Positions 38,801 through 53,278 of a stretch of DNA of 64,000 bases are shown here, in pieces (position 1 is the first letter of the stretch; the number at the start of each line of letters is the position of its first letter). The notes beneath the pieces were generated by a model. It saw only the letters and a program-made list of their open reading frames with translations, did no database searches and was not told where the DNA came from. The translations under genes and the position numbers were made by a program. This DNA comes from the human T2T-CHM13v2.0 reference genome, Homo sapiens. The stretch lies in NCBI RefSeq assembly GCF_009914755.1, contig NC_060927.1; one strand, 5' to 3'.

Positions 38801-41800
38801 GTAAAGATATTTTATATACTAGCAAAATGGCCAGGGCTCTCCTCTCCTCTCTGTTGTTCATTTTTGCCATCATCTTATGTTCTCTCACTGTTTCCTTTGC
38901 CCCCCACCACCATGTTCATTGCATTTCCCCCTCTTTCATTGTTTGCACTGTCTATATATTTTTAGCTGATAAATACAAAACAGCACATATTGAGGACTGA
39001 GAATCCTTGGCCTTCAAGTGCCTTAGATTGTCTGCAATCATGATAATGCAGCCTCCATTTATAATATTGCTTGTTAGTTTGAAAGCAAGTACCCACAGCT
39101 CTGTGAACTAAAGAGCCACTCCTGAGAAGGGCTGAAAAGGGAATTAAAATAACCTTCTTCATCATCCCTTGCAGTTCTCTAATGACTTGATGTCTGGCCA
39201 TAGCAGGGCGCCACTGTAGAGCACCATCACAATGGGATAATTGTAGGGACCTGGCCAGTGGGTAGAACTTTAATCATCAGCTCTGATGGGAATTTAGGGG
39301 CCAGAACAATAATAGAGCCAATGCATACTCTGTAATGAAACCTTTTTAAGATACAAAATTTTCTTCGAGGGTCTTTAAATGGGACCAGTTTCCTTATTCT
39401 TTCCCAAATGTCTCACAAGAGTTAGTTTTCCTCTGTTACTTTAAGCTTTAATTGATTTTAAATACAAAGACACTGATATTTTTTATCCTCTAATTCCAAG
39501 AAAAACAAAAATTGGTCAAAAAATCATACTGTTTCCTTTTCTAGTTTAATAATTCTGAATGCTTTGTCTTCCTTATAATTCCCAGGTCACTATTTATTTT
39601 GACTGGGCCTTTATGTAAGCTAAAAATACAGAAAAAAAGCAGTTTTTCTTTTCACAGGATTTTTTTTCACTTAGAAATAGTTAGATATTAAAATAAATCT
39701 ATTTATTTCTATAATGGTTGTTTATTTATTATCTTGGCTTAAAAAATCACATATACATGTTTATAAATTTCTTCTTCATCCTCTTTTCTTTGTACATAAC
39801 TCCTGTCTTTGAAGTCTTCAGATTAATTTTTCTAACTAGAATTTTCTATGTCATAACATTGGCTTCCTTTAATGATATCATTTGCCTTTTTTTATAAAAT
39901 AAAATATATATACATATATGCTCTATATATGCATTATATATGTATACACACATACGCGAATATTTTTTGTCTATGTCTTCCTTTCCCTCCAAAAGCCTTC
40001 ATTTGTCTCTCTGAGACTGTAGCACTTATTATATATGCATATATTGTTATTTTACTTCTTTTAAGTTCACATTTGAAATGGGAAACTAAAAGTATATCCT
40101 GTGTCCTCCTTCTCTAACATAAAAAATAAAATTCTGTATATGATCTTAATTTATATTAATGTTATAAATGTGTCAGTGTCACATAAATCATGAGCAAAGA
40201 AAAACCAAAGATGTGTATTCCACAAGAGATTAATACAGAGCTTAGAAACCTGCATTTTAAAAGCTATAGTCAGAGACTACAGACATGGGGACTTGTAAAA
40301 CAGGAAGAGAAAGTAGTGCTGTTAAAGCTTTATATGCATAAAGTCTTGAACTCATATCACATGAAAACTGTGGATAATTTGGAGGGTTTTTTTTCCCATT
40401 GAGTCTACTAAAATATACATAGACTATGATAATTCCTGTAACCCCCTGCAATAAAACCAATTAAATCAAAATCAATGCTAAACTTCTCACTTTATTTTAT
40501 TATCTTGCAGTAGAATTGAAAATATTCATGAAATAGTAGATGGTGCAAATTTTTATTATTTAACACAAATTATTTTCAGTATAATTAAGATATAAAACAC
40601 AAAATTGTTTCTACATATTTGGAAACTTTATATATACATATATATATATATATATATTTATATGTATGTATGTAGTTTGAGTTACCTTCAAGTTTTTGTT
40701 TGTCTTAAATACCTAGTATTTGCTAAAAAAAGAAGTTATCATTCTTACTAAAAATAGTGGTTAGATCTTAGCCAGTCAGTAATATTGACAACAAAATTCA
40801 ATTTCCTTATTTTTTTGAGCTCAGTTTTTAAAAGGCTAACACTTGAAAATTATTATTTTAATTATTTGTAATAAAAACATATTTAAAGTTAATATAAAAA
40901 CAAATAAAAATTAATAGATTGGGCATGATTTTGTCCATTTTTTGATATTCTTTATACTTTTATATTTTCTAATCGGTAAACCATATGATACTGAAAAAGA
41001 AAGATTATTGAACACAGTAGAGTATTCTACTATTCATAATATTAAGTAAGTCAAAAAAGAAATCTTCAGAATTGATCTTCTAGAAAATTTTTCTATAATT
41101 TAGAACCTTCATAATTCAGGTTTAAGCTTTTCTTGGCATACAAAATATAAAAACTTCAGATACTTTTTTGCTCTCCATACTTATTAGAGACCAGACACTA
41201 ACATTATCCTGTTCCTGACACACACACATGCACACACACAAACACACACAATTTTGTATGATAAGCCCTAGCTGAGCAATGTGGAAGAACTAATAATCTC
41301 CCCACAGAAAGGGGCAATCATATATACCAGGGAAGCCAGGGGAAAGCTTGTAGAAGTTAAGTTTTGAGGTGAATCTAGAATCATTTACTCACAAATAATA
41401 GAAAAACATTTGGTGGCTGTTGGATGCCAGGCACTGAGCCAAAAATAAGGACAAAGATAGCAAGAAAACGTCTCTGTCCAAAAGTGGTCTAGCATTAGAA
41501 TAGATTGTTAGTCAACAACTATAACAAAATTTTACTATTGTTGTGATTTTCTGTGCAAATGGAGACAAATTTCCCTGGCCAAAGACCAAAAAAAAAAAAA
41601 AAAAAAAAAAAAAGAAAATAAATATAATACAATGAAAGACGAGAAAACAGGAAATAGCAGATAGTCCCATTAGTCTTCCTTTGGAAACCCCACCCTCTTT
41701 TCTTTAAGGTTATCTGCCTTAACTAAACTGTTGTTTTGGTTATTCCTAAAGCTTGCTCCTCTATTGTAGTACTCCTCATATTGCACTTAACTGCTTGTCT

Positions 41801-41862
41801 GTGCCCTTTATCAATTTGTACCTGATGTATGAGGCTTGTTGAGTTTGAAAACTGCATAGGGT

Positions 41863-42223
<361 letters not shown>

Positions 42224-43510
42224 TCATATTGGAGTTCTGATGTTTGAGTACAGATGATGGATTGGAGGATGTGAGGCTGAGGCAGGTAGATAAAGCATGG
42301 AATATTGCAGCAGAATGGCTAGCAGAATGGCTAATATCATGTAAATGATAAGGGAATAAAACAAAGCAAGGTCAATGGGTTGGAGGAAAGGTAAGTATTT
42401 AGGAGATATACCCAGCTAATGGTAATCATCACCCTGAAAATATTGTCTCTAGTTTTTTGTTACAATATTTAGTATTATTTCTAAAAGCTTAGCTATCATC
42501 AGTTTTCATTCTAAGCCTTTCCCCACAATATCAAAATAAATATCAAAATCAAATAAAAAGTATCAGAATATCAAAAGTTATCAAACAATTGCCCAAAGAA
42601 GAAAAGTATTTGTTAATTCAGGAATATAACAATGATGGCAATGTTTTCTCCTATCATTATTCTTCTCTCAGCTTGACAAAAATATGTCAAAATGTATTAA
42701 TCCCTAGCTATAAATACAGTGCATTTTATTATACTCATATGATTCCAGGAAGAATTCTATGGTAATTAAATTGAAAAGTGGGGCTTTTCTTTGCTACTGC
42801 AGTTAGAGATTGGCAAGCTTCTGCCAGTGTTGAACTTTATTGTATTTTTATTAGTAATTTGGTATTTGTATCTGGCCTTTACAAGTTAATTCACATGAAA
42901 CATTGATTTGTTGTCATCTTTATCATTAGTTGCCAGGCAAGACAGATAATATGATGCCTCATAGTTCACTGACAATAAGTCAAAGAACAAAACCTTCTCC
43001 AGGAAAGGTTGACCAAAAGATCTTTGGTTTGGCATTAGCAGCATTTTCACAGTCTTTTTCAATGTTACTACAAGAAAAAGTTGAAATTCTGTCACTCAAA
43101 TAAGATGTATATCTGTAAAATGTGAAGGAAACTATAAAAACAGGGCTACACTTCATAAAATTTGTAGAGTCATCTGTTACTTTCTCATCCTTCTTCGGTA
43201 ACTGCATGAAACCTAAGTATTTGTTGCTTGCAATGGATTAAGACGTGAACACCATAGAGATAACAGACCATTCTTCTCCTTCATATGATATACACCATGC
43301 CCCAACTTTCCTTCATTTATTCTTCCAGGTTCTTCTAGTCTTTTCTTTTATCTCATTTTCCATTTTTCCTCTTTTGGTACATGGTAGGTAGATGGATCTG
43401 TGGACATTTTTCAGTTTCGCTATCCCAAAGGGGTAAAGAATTTGCTCCTTCTTGTTCTAAATTATCTTCACACACACACACAAAATGACACAGAAAAATT
43501 GGTGATAACT

Positions 43511-43836
<326 letters not shown>

Positions 43837-45570
43837 TTAATTCTAGTTAATGGGAATAGCTAATGAAATATGTTTTAGTTAATTAATGCATTAAGCAATG
43901 TATTTGACTAATGCCAAATACAATATTTATATGGTTAGGCTCTCCTTGGCCTGACATTATTTGATTAATAAAAATGAATTGAGTACACCAAATTATAACT
44001 TTTCTTATGTTTTCTTAGCACATGATGCATATAACACATATTTCTTCTAATATATTCTCTATGAATTTTTTTTTTTTTTAAATTTCATGTGTATATCCCC
44101 ATTAGATTTTCAAAAGTAAGGATATCTTACTACCTATGGAGTTTCAGAAAAATCTTAGGAAATAACAGACTATTTCCATTTGAAAAATTGAATATGTGAA
44201 CATTTTCGTTCTTTTTTCCAAGGTATGATATCCTTGGCAACGAACGAGTGTAAGTAAGGAAAGTCCACCCATTACTTTTTGGCAGAAAAAAGGACTCTTT
44301 TGTAGTAAGAGTTACAAAGTAAATTTAATTATATCTAGTTATGAAGCAGAACAGCACATTTCATATTGAAAATAGATAGTTCTCTTTTGATTAGCCTCCT
44401 CTTACGTATTTCTGTTTAACTTAATAATGTGGCTTAAGTCAGATAAATAAATTAGGAAAAAAGAACAAAGCATTCTAATTAGTGGAATGATATGTGTGTT
44501 TTCAAATCAAATCAATACATACGCGTATGACTTACTCTTTTTAAGGTGTTATATTAGATGTAACAAAACAAGAACAGTTCAATGTCATAACTATAATGCA
44601 CTTGAGGAAAAGGTATTATAAACATGTGAAAAGTTAAATACTAAAATAAATTAGTCAAGAGTTACAGAAACCAGCACTGGAAATGACATAAGACTGCATA
44701 TAATCAATTTTCAAAGAAATGTACATCAAGGAAACCTTCATACAAGATATGGGATTTAGCCTGCATCTTGATGGATTTATAAGATTAAGATAGGTAAAAC
44801 TGGAGGAGTACAGCTTATTGGAAATAAGTTGGTTCTTATAAATAAATGCACCAGGATGGGAAGAAAGTACAAAGAAAGATGAAAACAAATTAATTTATTT
44901 GAGCAGGAGATTCTTGTTGTAAAAACTGTCTGAAAAGGTAGATTGCGGCTTAGACATATTCAATGGATGGAATAAAGAGAAGTAAATCTTCTTATTCAGA
45001 CCATTCTGATATTTTCATAGATGAATTTGTAAGTGGTGGGCAGGATTGGTTAGAGGATGCGAAAAACTGAAAGCAGAAAATCCCACCAGGACAGTGAGTT
45101 ACAATATTTTAAAGCAATAGGATCTTTTTTCCACATGAAATTTAATTGTGATCTCCAACATATAAAACAGATAAAAATGGCATCAATTTTTTAGAGCAAT
45201 ATGTTCTTTAAATTCAGATTAGCACTCATTATATAGTCAATTAAATGGGAATACAGTTTAAATGATGGTATTTTCTAGTATAAAAATTGCTATTTGTAAC
45301 ACACTAGTGTGTGTCTGTTGTTTATAATGTCTAATATTATAGTAGATATTTAGGAGGAAATATTCCTATCAAACCATACAGGGCTTCTGAAACAGGGTCT
45401 TGCAACTCACTTAGGTAGCCTCAGCAAGAGAATAAAATGGCCATGGAAATGAAAATAAAGGAGTTACAATTATAACTAACTTTGAAGGAAGAATCTTTGG
45501 AATTCGGGAAAAAGCATTTAGGGGTCTAAGGAAATTGAACATCCAAAGATGATATTATTCCCCCAAAAAA

Positions 45571-45619
45571 CCAACCAACCAACCAACCAACCAACCAACC
45601 AAACAAACAAACAAACAAA
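45571..45619. repeat. (CCAA)n(CAAA)n tetranucleotide repeat
   Basis: Direct read. Confidence 0.93.
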
Positions 45620-46024
45620 AACCCTTTCTGTAACTATCTCTCACCCACAGGAAAATTTCAAACTCCTTGTAGGGGCTGATAAGGCCTTCAGTGACCAGCC
45701 TATCCCTAACTCTCTTGCCTCTTCCGTGGCCAATTTTCTTCTTTCTTTGCCAGCTCTTGGCATTTAGGGAAGTATTTGAACTCTTCAAATTCCTTTCTCT
45801 TCCTCCGGGCTTCCACACGTGTTGTTTAAAATGTTCCTTTTACTGGTGGTCAACATAGCCCTGCCCAACTCCAAAACTAGTTTAGACCTCCTGCTTTCTA
45901 CTTTTATGGCATCTTGCATCACTGATTATTTGTTTAATATCAGCTTTCCCCACTGAATTGTATGCTCTGTGAAATAGATTCAGGACCCTGACACATAACT
46001 GTCCAAAAAAATAAATTAAGAGTT

Positions 46025-46660
46025 TTTTTTTAAATAAAGTTTATTTTTACATCTGTTTTAGGCTTACAGCAAAATTGAGCAGAAGGTACAGATTTATCCC
46101 AGCCCCCACATATTGATAGCCTCCCCAACTATCAAGGTTCTCCACCAGAGTGGTACATTTGTTACAATTGATGCGCCTACACTGACACATCATCATCACC
46201 TAGAGTCCATAGTTTACATTAGGGTTCTCTCTGTGTTGCACAGTCTATGGATTTGGACAAATGTAATACATGTATCCACCATTATTTTATAATACAGAGT
46301 GGTTTCACTGTCCTAAAATTCCTCTGTGCTCTGCCTGTCCATGGTTTCCTCTCATCTAGCCTCTGGAAACTACTCATCTTTTTCCTGTCTCCGTAGCGTT
46401 GACTTTTCCAGGGTGTCAAGTAGTTGGAATCTTATTGTGTGTACCTTTTTTAGACCTTTCACTTGGTGATATGCGTTCAAGTTTCTGCCATGTCTTTTTA
46501 TGGCTTGACAGCTCATTTCTTTTTAGCAACGAATAATATTCCATTGCATGGATGTAATGCAGTTTATTTATCCATCTACCTACTGGGAGACATGTTGGTT
46601 GCTTCCAAATTTTGGCAAGTATGAATAACACCAATAAAAATATACACGTTCAAGTTTTAT
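46025..46660 (-). mobile_element. L1MA/L1MB 3' end
   Basis: ttacagcaaaattgagcagaaggtacaga, caccagagtggtacatttgttacaattgatg, ttggttgcttccaaattttggca. Confidence 0.88.
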
Positions 46661-48358
46661 GATAAATTCAGCTTTTAAACAAAATAAATGGAAAGGCATT
46701 CAAGTGAAAATATTCAAGAATCATCCGGACATTTATAAGTTACTCTTTGTAAGAGAGATCAAGACTAGAGATGTACATTTCTGATATTTACTCATATCAC
46801 AGTTTCCCTAATGAATATCTCCCATGTACCAGAAACTGTATGAGGTGCAAGAAGTAGATAAGAATGACAGCTTTCTTGAATTTAAGAATCTCACAAAATA
46901 GTGGGAGAAAAGAAACACAGAAACAAATAATCTCAATATAATATGAGGAGTACCACAATATAAGTATTATGGAATTGCAATTAATTCCATTTGGAGTGGG
47001 GAAGAGAAGACTTCACAAAACTGATGACGTTTGAAGTGACTGGTTGAAGGAAGAGTAGGCAGTTACAAGCAAGTGATTTGAGAACAGTCATAAACAGATG
47101 CAGACTTTAGAGAAAAATATAGTATATGGATGTTGAGGAAATAGTGCGAGATTAAGCTGGAAAGATGAGTTTATCAGACTAGGATGGGTTTTTTAGACCT
47201 AGCTAATGAGTTGGAAAGGTTTTTTTTTAATACTAGTTATAATCACTGAATAATTTTAGGCTTAAGCGTGATGTGAATGAAGATTTTAGAGATATAATTC
47301 TGTTGCACGTGTTTAACAAAGGGTGGAAGAGAAGATGATGATACCGGAAGAGTAGGAAAGCTAATGAGCTTGTTTACAGCAGGAAAGTGATGTGTGATTG
47401 TGGGAGTGGGGGTGAAGTTTGGAGAAAGATTCACTAGGTATTTAAGAGGCTGAATGTATAAGACCACTATATCCAATAATATTATTTATCTTTTCCTTGT
47501 CTGTGTTTAAAAGGATGTTATAATCCATTTGATTTATGAAAGTATTCAGACTACAGAGAATTGAAATAAAAAAGCTATTGATTTTGTCTCATGGTTAAAA
47601 CTTTTTGGATTAATTTTCTATATTCACAGACCACAGTCCCTAAAAAAATATGGTTTTAAAATAATTGTCATATTTTATACTCAAAATTTTTTAAAAGGAT
47701 AGATCTCGTGTTAAAGTTTTTTACTACAATAAAAGTATTATTTTTATTTTATAGGGCAAGGTTTTGAACTCCTGTTTTGTGATTTGCATTTGGATGACAA
47801 GATAAAGAGGACATTAGTTTCTACTGAGAAAATTAAGAGAATCAAAGAGATACTGAATGCATTTATATGATAGTCTTAATGACATATGGAATGAAAGGTT
47901 GTCAGATATCTAGAACAAGAACAAGTAAAATTCTCCAATACTTCTTAGATAATCAATCAGCGATATTGGCATGTAATGGTGCACAAGTATGAACAGGAGA
48001 AGGAAGCAGTTAAATCTACAAGCACTAAATTCATTAATTGTCTTTAATTAGCAATTTGGTTTTTCCACATGAGTAAGTTTGTTGGGAAGTTATTGCCTCT
48101 TGTAACTGTGGGGTAACAATTAGCTAAAAAGGTCTTTTAAGAATAAATTGAGATATTGAGATAACAGATGTAATTACAATTAGAAATTAAGATAACAGCC
48201 AGGTGATTTACTGTGGTGACACCAACAGCTTCAGGAAGAAATAAACCGAGAGAACATTTCAGATACCATGTGGTTGCTACTTATTGCCAGTATAATTGTG
48301 TGCATGTATGTGTATATGTATTTGTGTCAATGTGCATATTTTTCTCATTTAATTTCAG

Positions 48359-48619
48359 CTATGACAGTGATAGCTGGTGCCCACCATTGCCAGTACAAAC
48401 TTACTTACACCAAGGTCTGGAAGATGAACTGGAAGAAGATGATGATAGGGTCCCAACACCTCCTGTTCGAGGCGTGGCTTCTTCTCCTGCTATCTCCTTT
48501 GGACAGCAGTCCACTGCAACTCTTACTCCATCCCCACGGGAAGAGATGCAACCCATGCTGCAGGCTCACCTGGATGAGTTGACAAGAGCCTATCAGTTTG
48601 ATATAGCAAAACAAACATG
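48359..48619 (+). CDS. ROBO2: ROBO2 exon (261 nt): [16 protein letters not shown]...[31 protein letters not shown]...IAKQT(W)
   Basis: Acceptor aatttcag|, donor CATG|gtaaat; Robo-conserved PTPPVRG and [10 protein letters not shown]; symmetric phase 2. Confidence 0.97.
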
Positions 48620-48796
48620 GTAAATATCTTCATTAAGTCAAGAGACCCATGCTTTCAACACATGGAAATTTTTTTCAGAATAAATTCACAAGAGATTCTG
48701 ATAGAACTACACAGCTAGGGTTAAAAGTGATTTTGTATGACTCCTTAATCATTTAGATAAATGTATCCACTGAGAAATGTTAAATAATTTGGCCAA

Positions 48797-48883
48797 AACT
48801 AGAACTAGAACTAGAACTAGAACTGGAACTGGAGCTGTAACTGTAACTGTAACTAGAACTAGAACTAAAACTAGAACTAGAGC
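48797..48883. repeat. Hexamer repeat (AACTAG)n with AACTGG/AACTGT variants, about 14 units
   Basis: Direct read. Confidence 0.93.
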
Positions 48884-50100
48884 AAGAATTCAAATCTGCT
48901 GTATTTCAGGCTAAAGTGCTCTTGGCTACACCAGAATCTTTTCTAATTTATGGTTTATCTTCAATTAGCTTATCATTGAACTCACATCCCATGATGTAAT
49001 AAAAGACTCCTTTTAGATTCCTCAAAGTGCCTGTGATTAATTCTGTATGTGGTTGTCAATATGTAAATGTGAGCTTCTGCAAATCACATATGGTCAGTAT
49101 TAGTTATTAAAAGACTCTCTTTACCTGAGTTAAGTGCAACAGAAAAAAAAAGACAATACTAGTATCAGTAAGTGCATAAAAAGCAGGAGTAAATCAAAAA
49201 TTTCACATTTCTTTTTCTAATCTATAAACTTTTGTAAACTACAGGTGTCAGTTTACCTAGGTATCCTGTGGAATTAACACAGATATATAAATGGGACTAA
49301 CGCTAACAGTTTTATACAGGATTTTTGTTATTCAATCTTTCTATTTTAATTTTCAAAAGCCCAGGCTTTTATATCACTATTTTAAAGCTCCATGTCATAC
49401 TCCAATTTTCTTCTGTTGATTTACCCTTTGTGCTTGAAGTCTGAGTAAATTTTTTAAATAGTATTTGTTTTGTTTTTTAAATTGTTCTAGTCATGGGGAT
49501 AAATAATTCTTATTCTCATTATTAATGAAGTATGTATTATTAAAATACAGCTAACTATACATAGAAAGAGATACCAAAAGGAAGAGTATTACTTAAAGAT
49601 TATTACAAACAGCCTCTTTTCTTAAGATATTCTTGAACATTTTCCAACAGTCATCAGATGCTTTCTCAAAGGTCAAAGACAACTTACCGTTAAACGCTGT
49701 TATTTTTCATCAATCTGCTTTTAATAAAACATCACTATGTAAGTTGAAGCCAGCTGCTTCAAGAGCCACAGGGCTTCCTTCACGTTAACTAATGAAGCAA
49801 TGCAGTTTGGTCATCTAAAGCACAGACTCAAGCTGAAGGGTTCTCAAATTTGCCACATTTTAGAACCATTTGGATAACCTTAAAATATATTGGTACCTGG
49901 GCTCCACTCCCAGAGAAAGATTCTGACTGCCATGATCTGGAATTTGATCCAGATCATGGGACAGCCAAGGTTGGGACCACTGCCGTGGAGATGAACCTGT
50001 CTTACTAGCTGCATGACTTTGGGCAACTTGCTCAACATTTATATGCTATAGTTTCCCCATGTGTAAAATGATGGTGATGATAATAGTAATTAGCTCATAT

Positions 50101-50713
50101 AGGAAATTAGAGGGCAGTCCCCAAGACAACCTATATTTCTGATACCAAGTACAAGTTTCAAGGGTCCCCAAGACCACCCTGAAGTTTCAGAATTCTCTAT
50201 AGTAAGTCATAGAACTCACCAAAAGATTTTACACTCAAAGCTACAGTCTATTACAGTGAAAAGATACGCATTAAAATCAGCCAAAAGAAGAAATGCATGG
50301 GACAAGGTCCAGGAAAATTCCAAAAGTAGAGCTTCCAGTTGTCCTCTCAGTGGAATCATAGCGTTACTTTCCCAACAAAGGGTGTGACATTACACACCAT
50401 GGAGAATTGCCAGCCAGGGATGGGCACACCTTCCTTGAGGTCCTGCGACTTCATTTTGGCTCTGTCACACAGACATTGTTGACTACCCATATGGCTGACC
50501 TCAATTTCCAGCCCCTCCAGAGGCTGAGGTGACACCATGCAACTCCAAGCCCCCCCATAATCATATTGCGATGCTTTTTGGAGTAGCCTAAGGCCTCTAG
50601 GTAAGCAGAGAGACTTTTATCCACAGGACATTCTAAGGGCTTACAGATTACCTCCCAGGAGTAGAGGGCAAAGGCCTAACCTCTCTTGGGTCGAGGTTCA
50701 ATTCTTTGTTACA
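50101..50713. mobile_element. Solo LTR (MER21-like) nested in a MIR
   Basis: gggtccccaagaccaccct, tattacagtgaaaagatacgcattaaaatcagccaa; MIR core ends near 50100 and resumes near 50716 (ttgtgagaatgaaatgag). Confidence 0.7.
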
Positions 50714-51988
50714 TATCCTAGTTTTTGTGAGAATGAAATGAGTATGAACTTATATACTACTGTCCCTGGCTGTATATTAGCTGTTATTAGTTAGAAAGGC
50801 CTAGGTTTTCACCCCTGAGTTGTTCACTTCTGTCTTCCCACACTTAGAAGAGTGTCCCACTTAGTAAATGCTTGATAGATATTTGGTAAAAGAATGAACA
50901 AATTAGTTCATCTCCACCTGCTGCAAATACCCATAGAGGACACCCTGTTTCTTCTTCTGAGTGTGTTCCTACTCAACCAGCAATCTTTCAGAATGCCTTG
51001 GCTGACTCCACATCTGGGAGTTATGAGCTTGCATGTGCTTCTGGTTTGGAAGTGACTCACCATCTGGGTAGCACATCAACATCATAGGACTGTTTAACAA
51101 ATAATAATTCCCAGGCTCCACCTCCCAGGATCTGTTTCTATTGATTCGTGAAGTAAACAGCACAGTGCCTGTCACTAGAAGATATTTATAAATGTTATGT
51201 GTCCTCTTCCTGTATTTCAATTTACCTCTTAATTTTGCTTAAATAGGAGTACATTTTTTATTCCATCAAGGTATATTTGTTTTATCAAGAGGTATCAATT
51301 CATAAGCATATTGATGGCAACATTTATAGCAAGATGTGCTCATCTATCCTCAAGCTTTTCTGTACTAATACTTAGGAAACTTGCTATTTCTTCCTATTTT
51401 TCAACTAGCAGGCTGTGAGGAATGCTGAATACTAACTTGGGGCCTGAACTTTCTAATCTGTTAAAGATTGAAGATTGGGATCTGATGATATTGAGGTAGC
51501 TTCCAGAATTAGAAATTTTTTTAACATTGAAACATCTAGAATCCTGTTAACATTGAGGTTGGTTACAAGTTCAAGAAGCCAGTTGGGAGAGGAATATTAA
51601 ACAAATTCGGGAAGATTAAAATATTTTCCCCAAATCATGCAAATGACAAAGAAAAGTAATCTAATGTCTTTCATTCACCAGCCAACAATAAAAATGCATA
51701 GTACTTTTTAAGATCTCACCTAAATAGCACAGCCTTTTAAATACCTTTTATATGAAGGCAAAGAAAATACTTACTATGTTAAAACATGTAGTACACTCAC
51801 TTTTTAATGCTGGTAACAAATAACAATAAATTCATTTCATTTAGCATTTTATGGTTTAGAAGAAAATCTGAGTAGACTCAAAGCAAATCAACTGGACCCT
51901 ACTGCCCAGCTTCACACTTTGTTAGCTACCTGATTTGAAACAAGTCACTTAAATTTGACCTTCACTTTAATAAATTCTAAAGAAGGTT

Positions 51989-52306
51989 GGGCCAAGCATG
52001 ATAGCTCATGCCTGTAATCCCAGCACTTTGGGTTGCTGAGGCAGGACGCTTGCTTAAGCCCAGGAGTTTCAGACCAACCTAGACAACATAGTGAGAATCC
52101 CACTCTACAAAACATTTAAAAACTAATTGGGCATGGTGAAGCACACCTGTAATGCCAGCTACTTGGGAGACCAAGGCAGGAGGATCGCTTACGCCTGGGA
52201 AGTCAGGGCTGTAGTGAGCCATGATCGCATCACTGCACTCCATCCTGGGTGGCAGAACAAGACCCCTTCTCTCCAAAAAATTAAATAAATAAATAAATAA
52301 ATAAAT
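51989..52306 (+). mobile_element. AluJ with (TAAA)n tail
   Basis: gcttaagcccaggagttt, ggaggatcgctt, gtgagccatgatcgc are J-type features. Confidence 0.94.
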
Positions 52307-53072
52307 GAGGGTTGATAATGCATGATCTATTTATTTCATAAGGTTGAGATTAGAATTATTTATTCATTGCAAAAGGTTTATTTAACACACTAGTGTTCCA
52401 AACACAGAGAATCCTTAGATGAATTGTTTATGCCTTTGAGGAGTTTAAGACTTTGTTGGGTGAGACAGATACATAAATAGCTACTAGAGCACAAATTAGT
52501 TGTGCCTACCCTAAACTGGGTTATAGTGAAAGTGGAAATAGCCTTCCAGCCTTGATGTGAGAGAGATCGTGTGGGGAGGAAGCCTTCTAGGGTGGGAAAT
52601 GTGTTCAGGGTTGGGAGGTAGGGGATATTAGGTCCTCATGTGACATCTTTTCTTCATAAGGGCCAGCAGGCAGCATGGGTTACACAGACTGAGTAGAATT
52701 TTGACACTAAACTGAGAACAAAAGTATAATATTTTTGGAGAAAAATATTCACTTTAAATAGTTACTCGTGGCGAATATTCCTAGTCCCCTCTAGATAACT
52801 TCTTTTCACAAAAATACTGGGCCCGTATTTTTTTTTCTCCGTGTGTTATCCTATAAATACCAAGTGAAGAGTTTAATGGTTTATGTTTTCCTTGTTTGGT
52901 GAGGCTCGTATTCGTAGCCATTGTTTCTGCTGAAAGCATTATGAACTCCTAAATTAGTTAATGGAAAGGAAGAAGACAGTATGAGTTACTATAGCATGCA
53001 TTTAATTAAAATTATGATTTTGTTGCATGTTAATAAGTTGCTTTTCTTTTTTAAATTTCATTTGAATTCTAG

Positions 53073-53278
53073 GCACATTCAAAGCAATAATCAACCTCCA
53101 CAGCCTCCAGTTCCACCGTTAGGTTATGTGTCTGGAGCCTTGATTTCTGATTTGGAAACGGATGTTGCAGATGATGATGCCGACGACGAAGAGGAAGCTT
53201 TAGAAATCCCCAGGCCCCTGAGAGCACTGGACCAGACTCCTGGATCCAGCATGGACAATCTAGACAGCTCTGTGACAG
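53073..53278 (+). CDS. ROBO2: ROBO2 exon (206 nt) with CC3-like PPQPPVPPLGYVSG and an acidic tract, ending NLDSSVT(G)
   Basis: Acceptor gaattctag|, donor ACAG|gtaacg; phase 2 to 1. Confidence 0.97.

Noticed and set aside
38644-39000. 118-aa ORF with a hydrophobic, TM-like stretch
   Set aside because: Shifted frame over the CC2 exon running into a pyrimidine-rich intron; no ATG start at its 5' end
41588-41613. Isolated long poly(A) as a possible retrocopy tail
   Set aside because: No recognisable upstream element, ORF or TSD
48268-48614. Alternate-frame and antisense ORFs over ROBO2 exons (also 8169, 8317, 19538, 53069, 53124, 63400)
   Set aside because: Shadows of GC-richer coding exons with no independent gene structure
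48797-48883. Possible CRISPR-like or telomere-like array
   Set aside because: No spacers, unit is not TTAGGG, and the context is a eukaryotic intron; a simple hexamer STR
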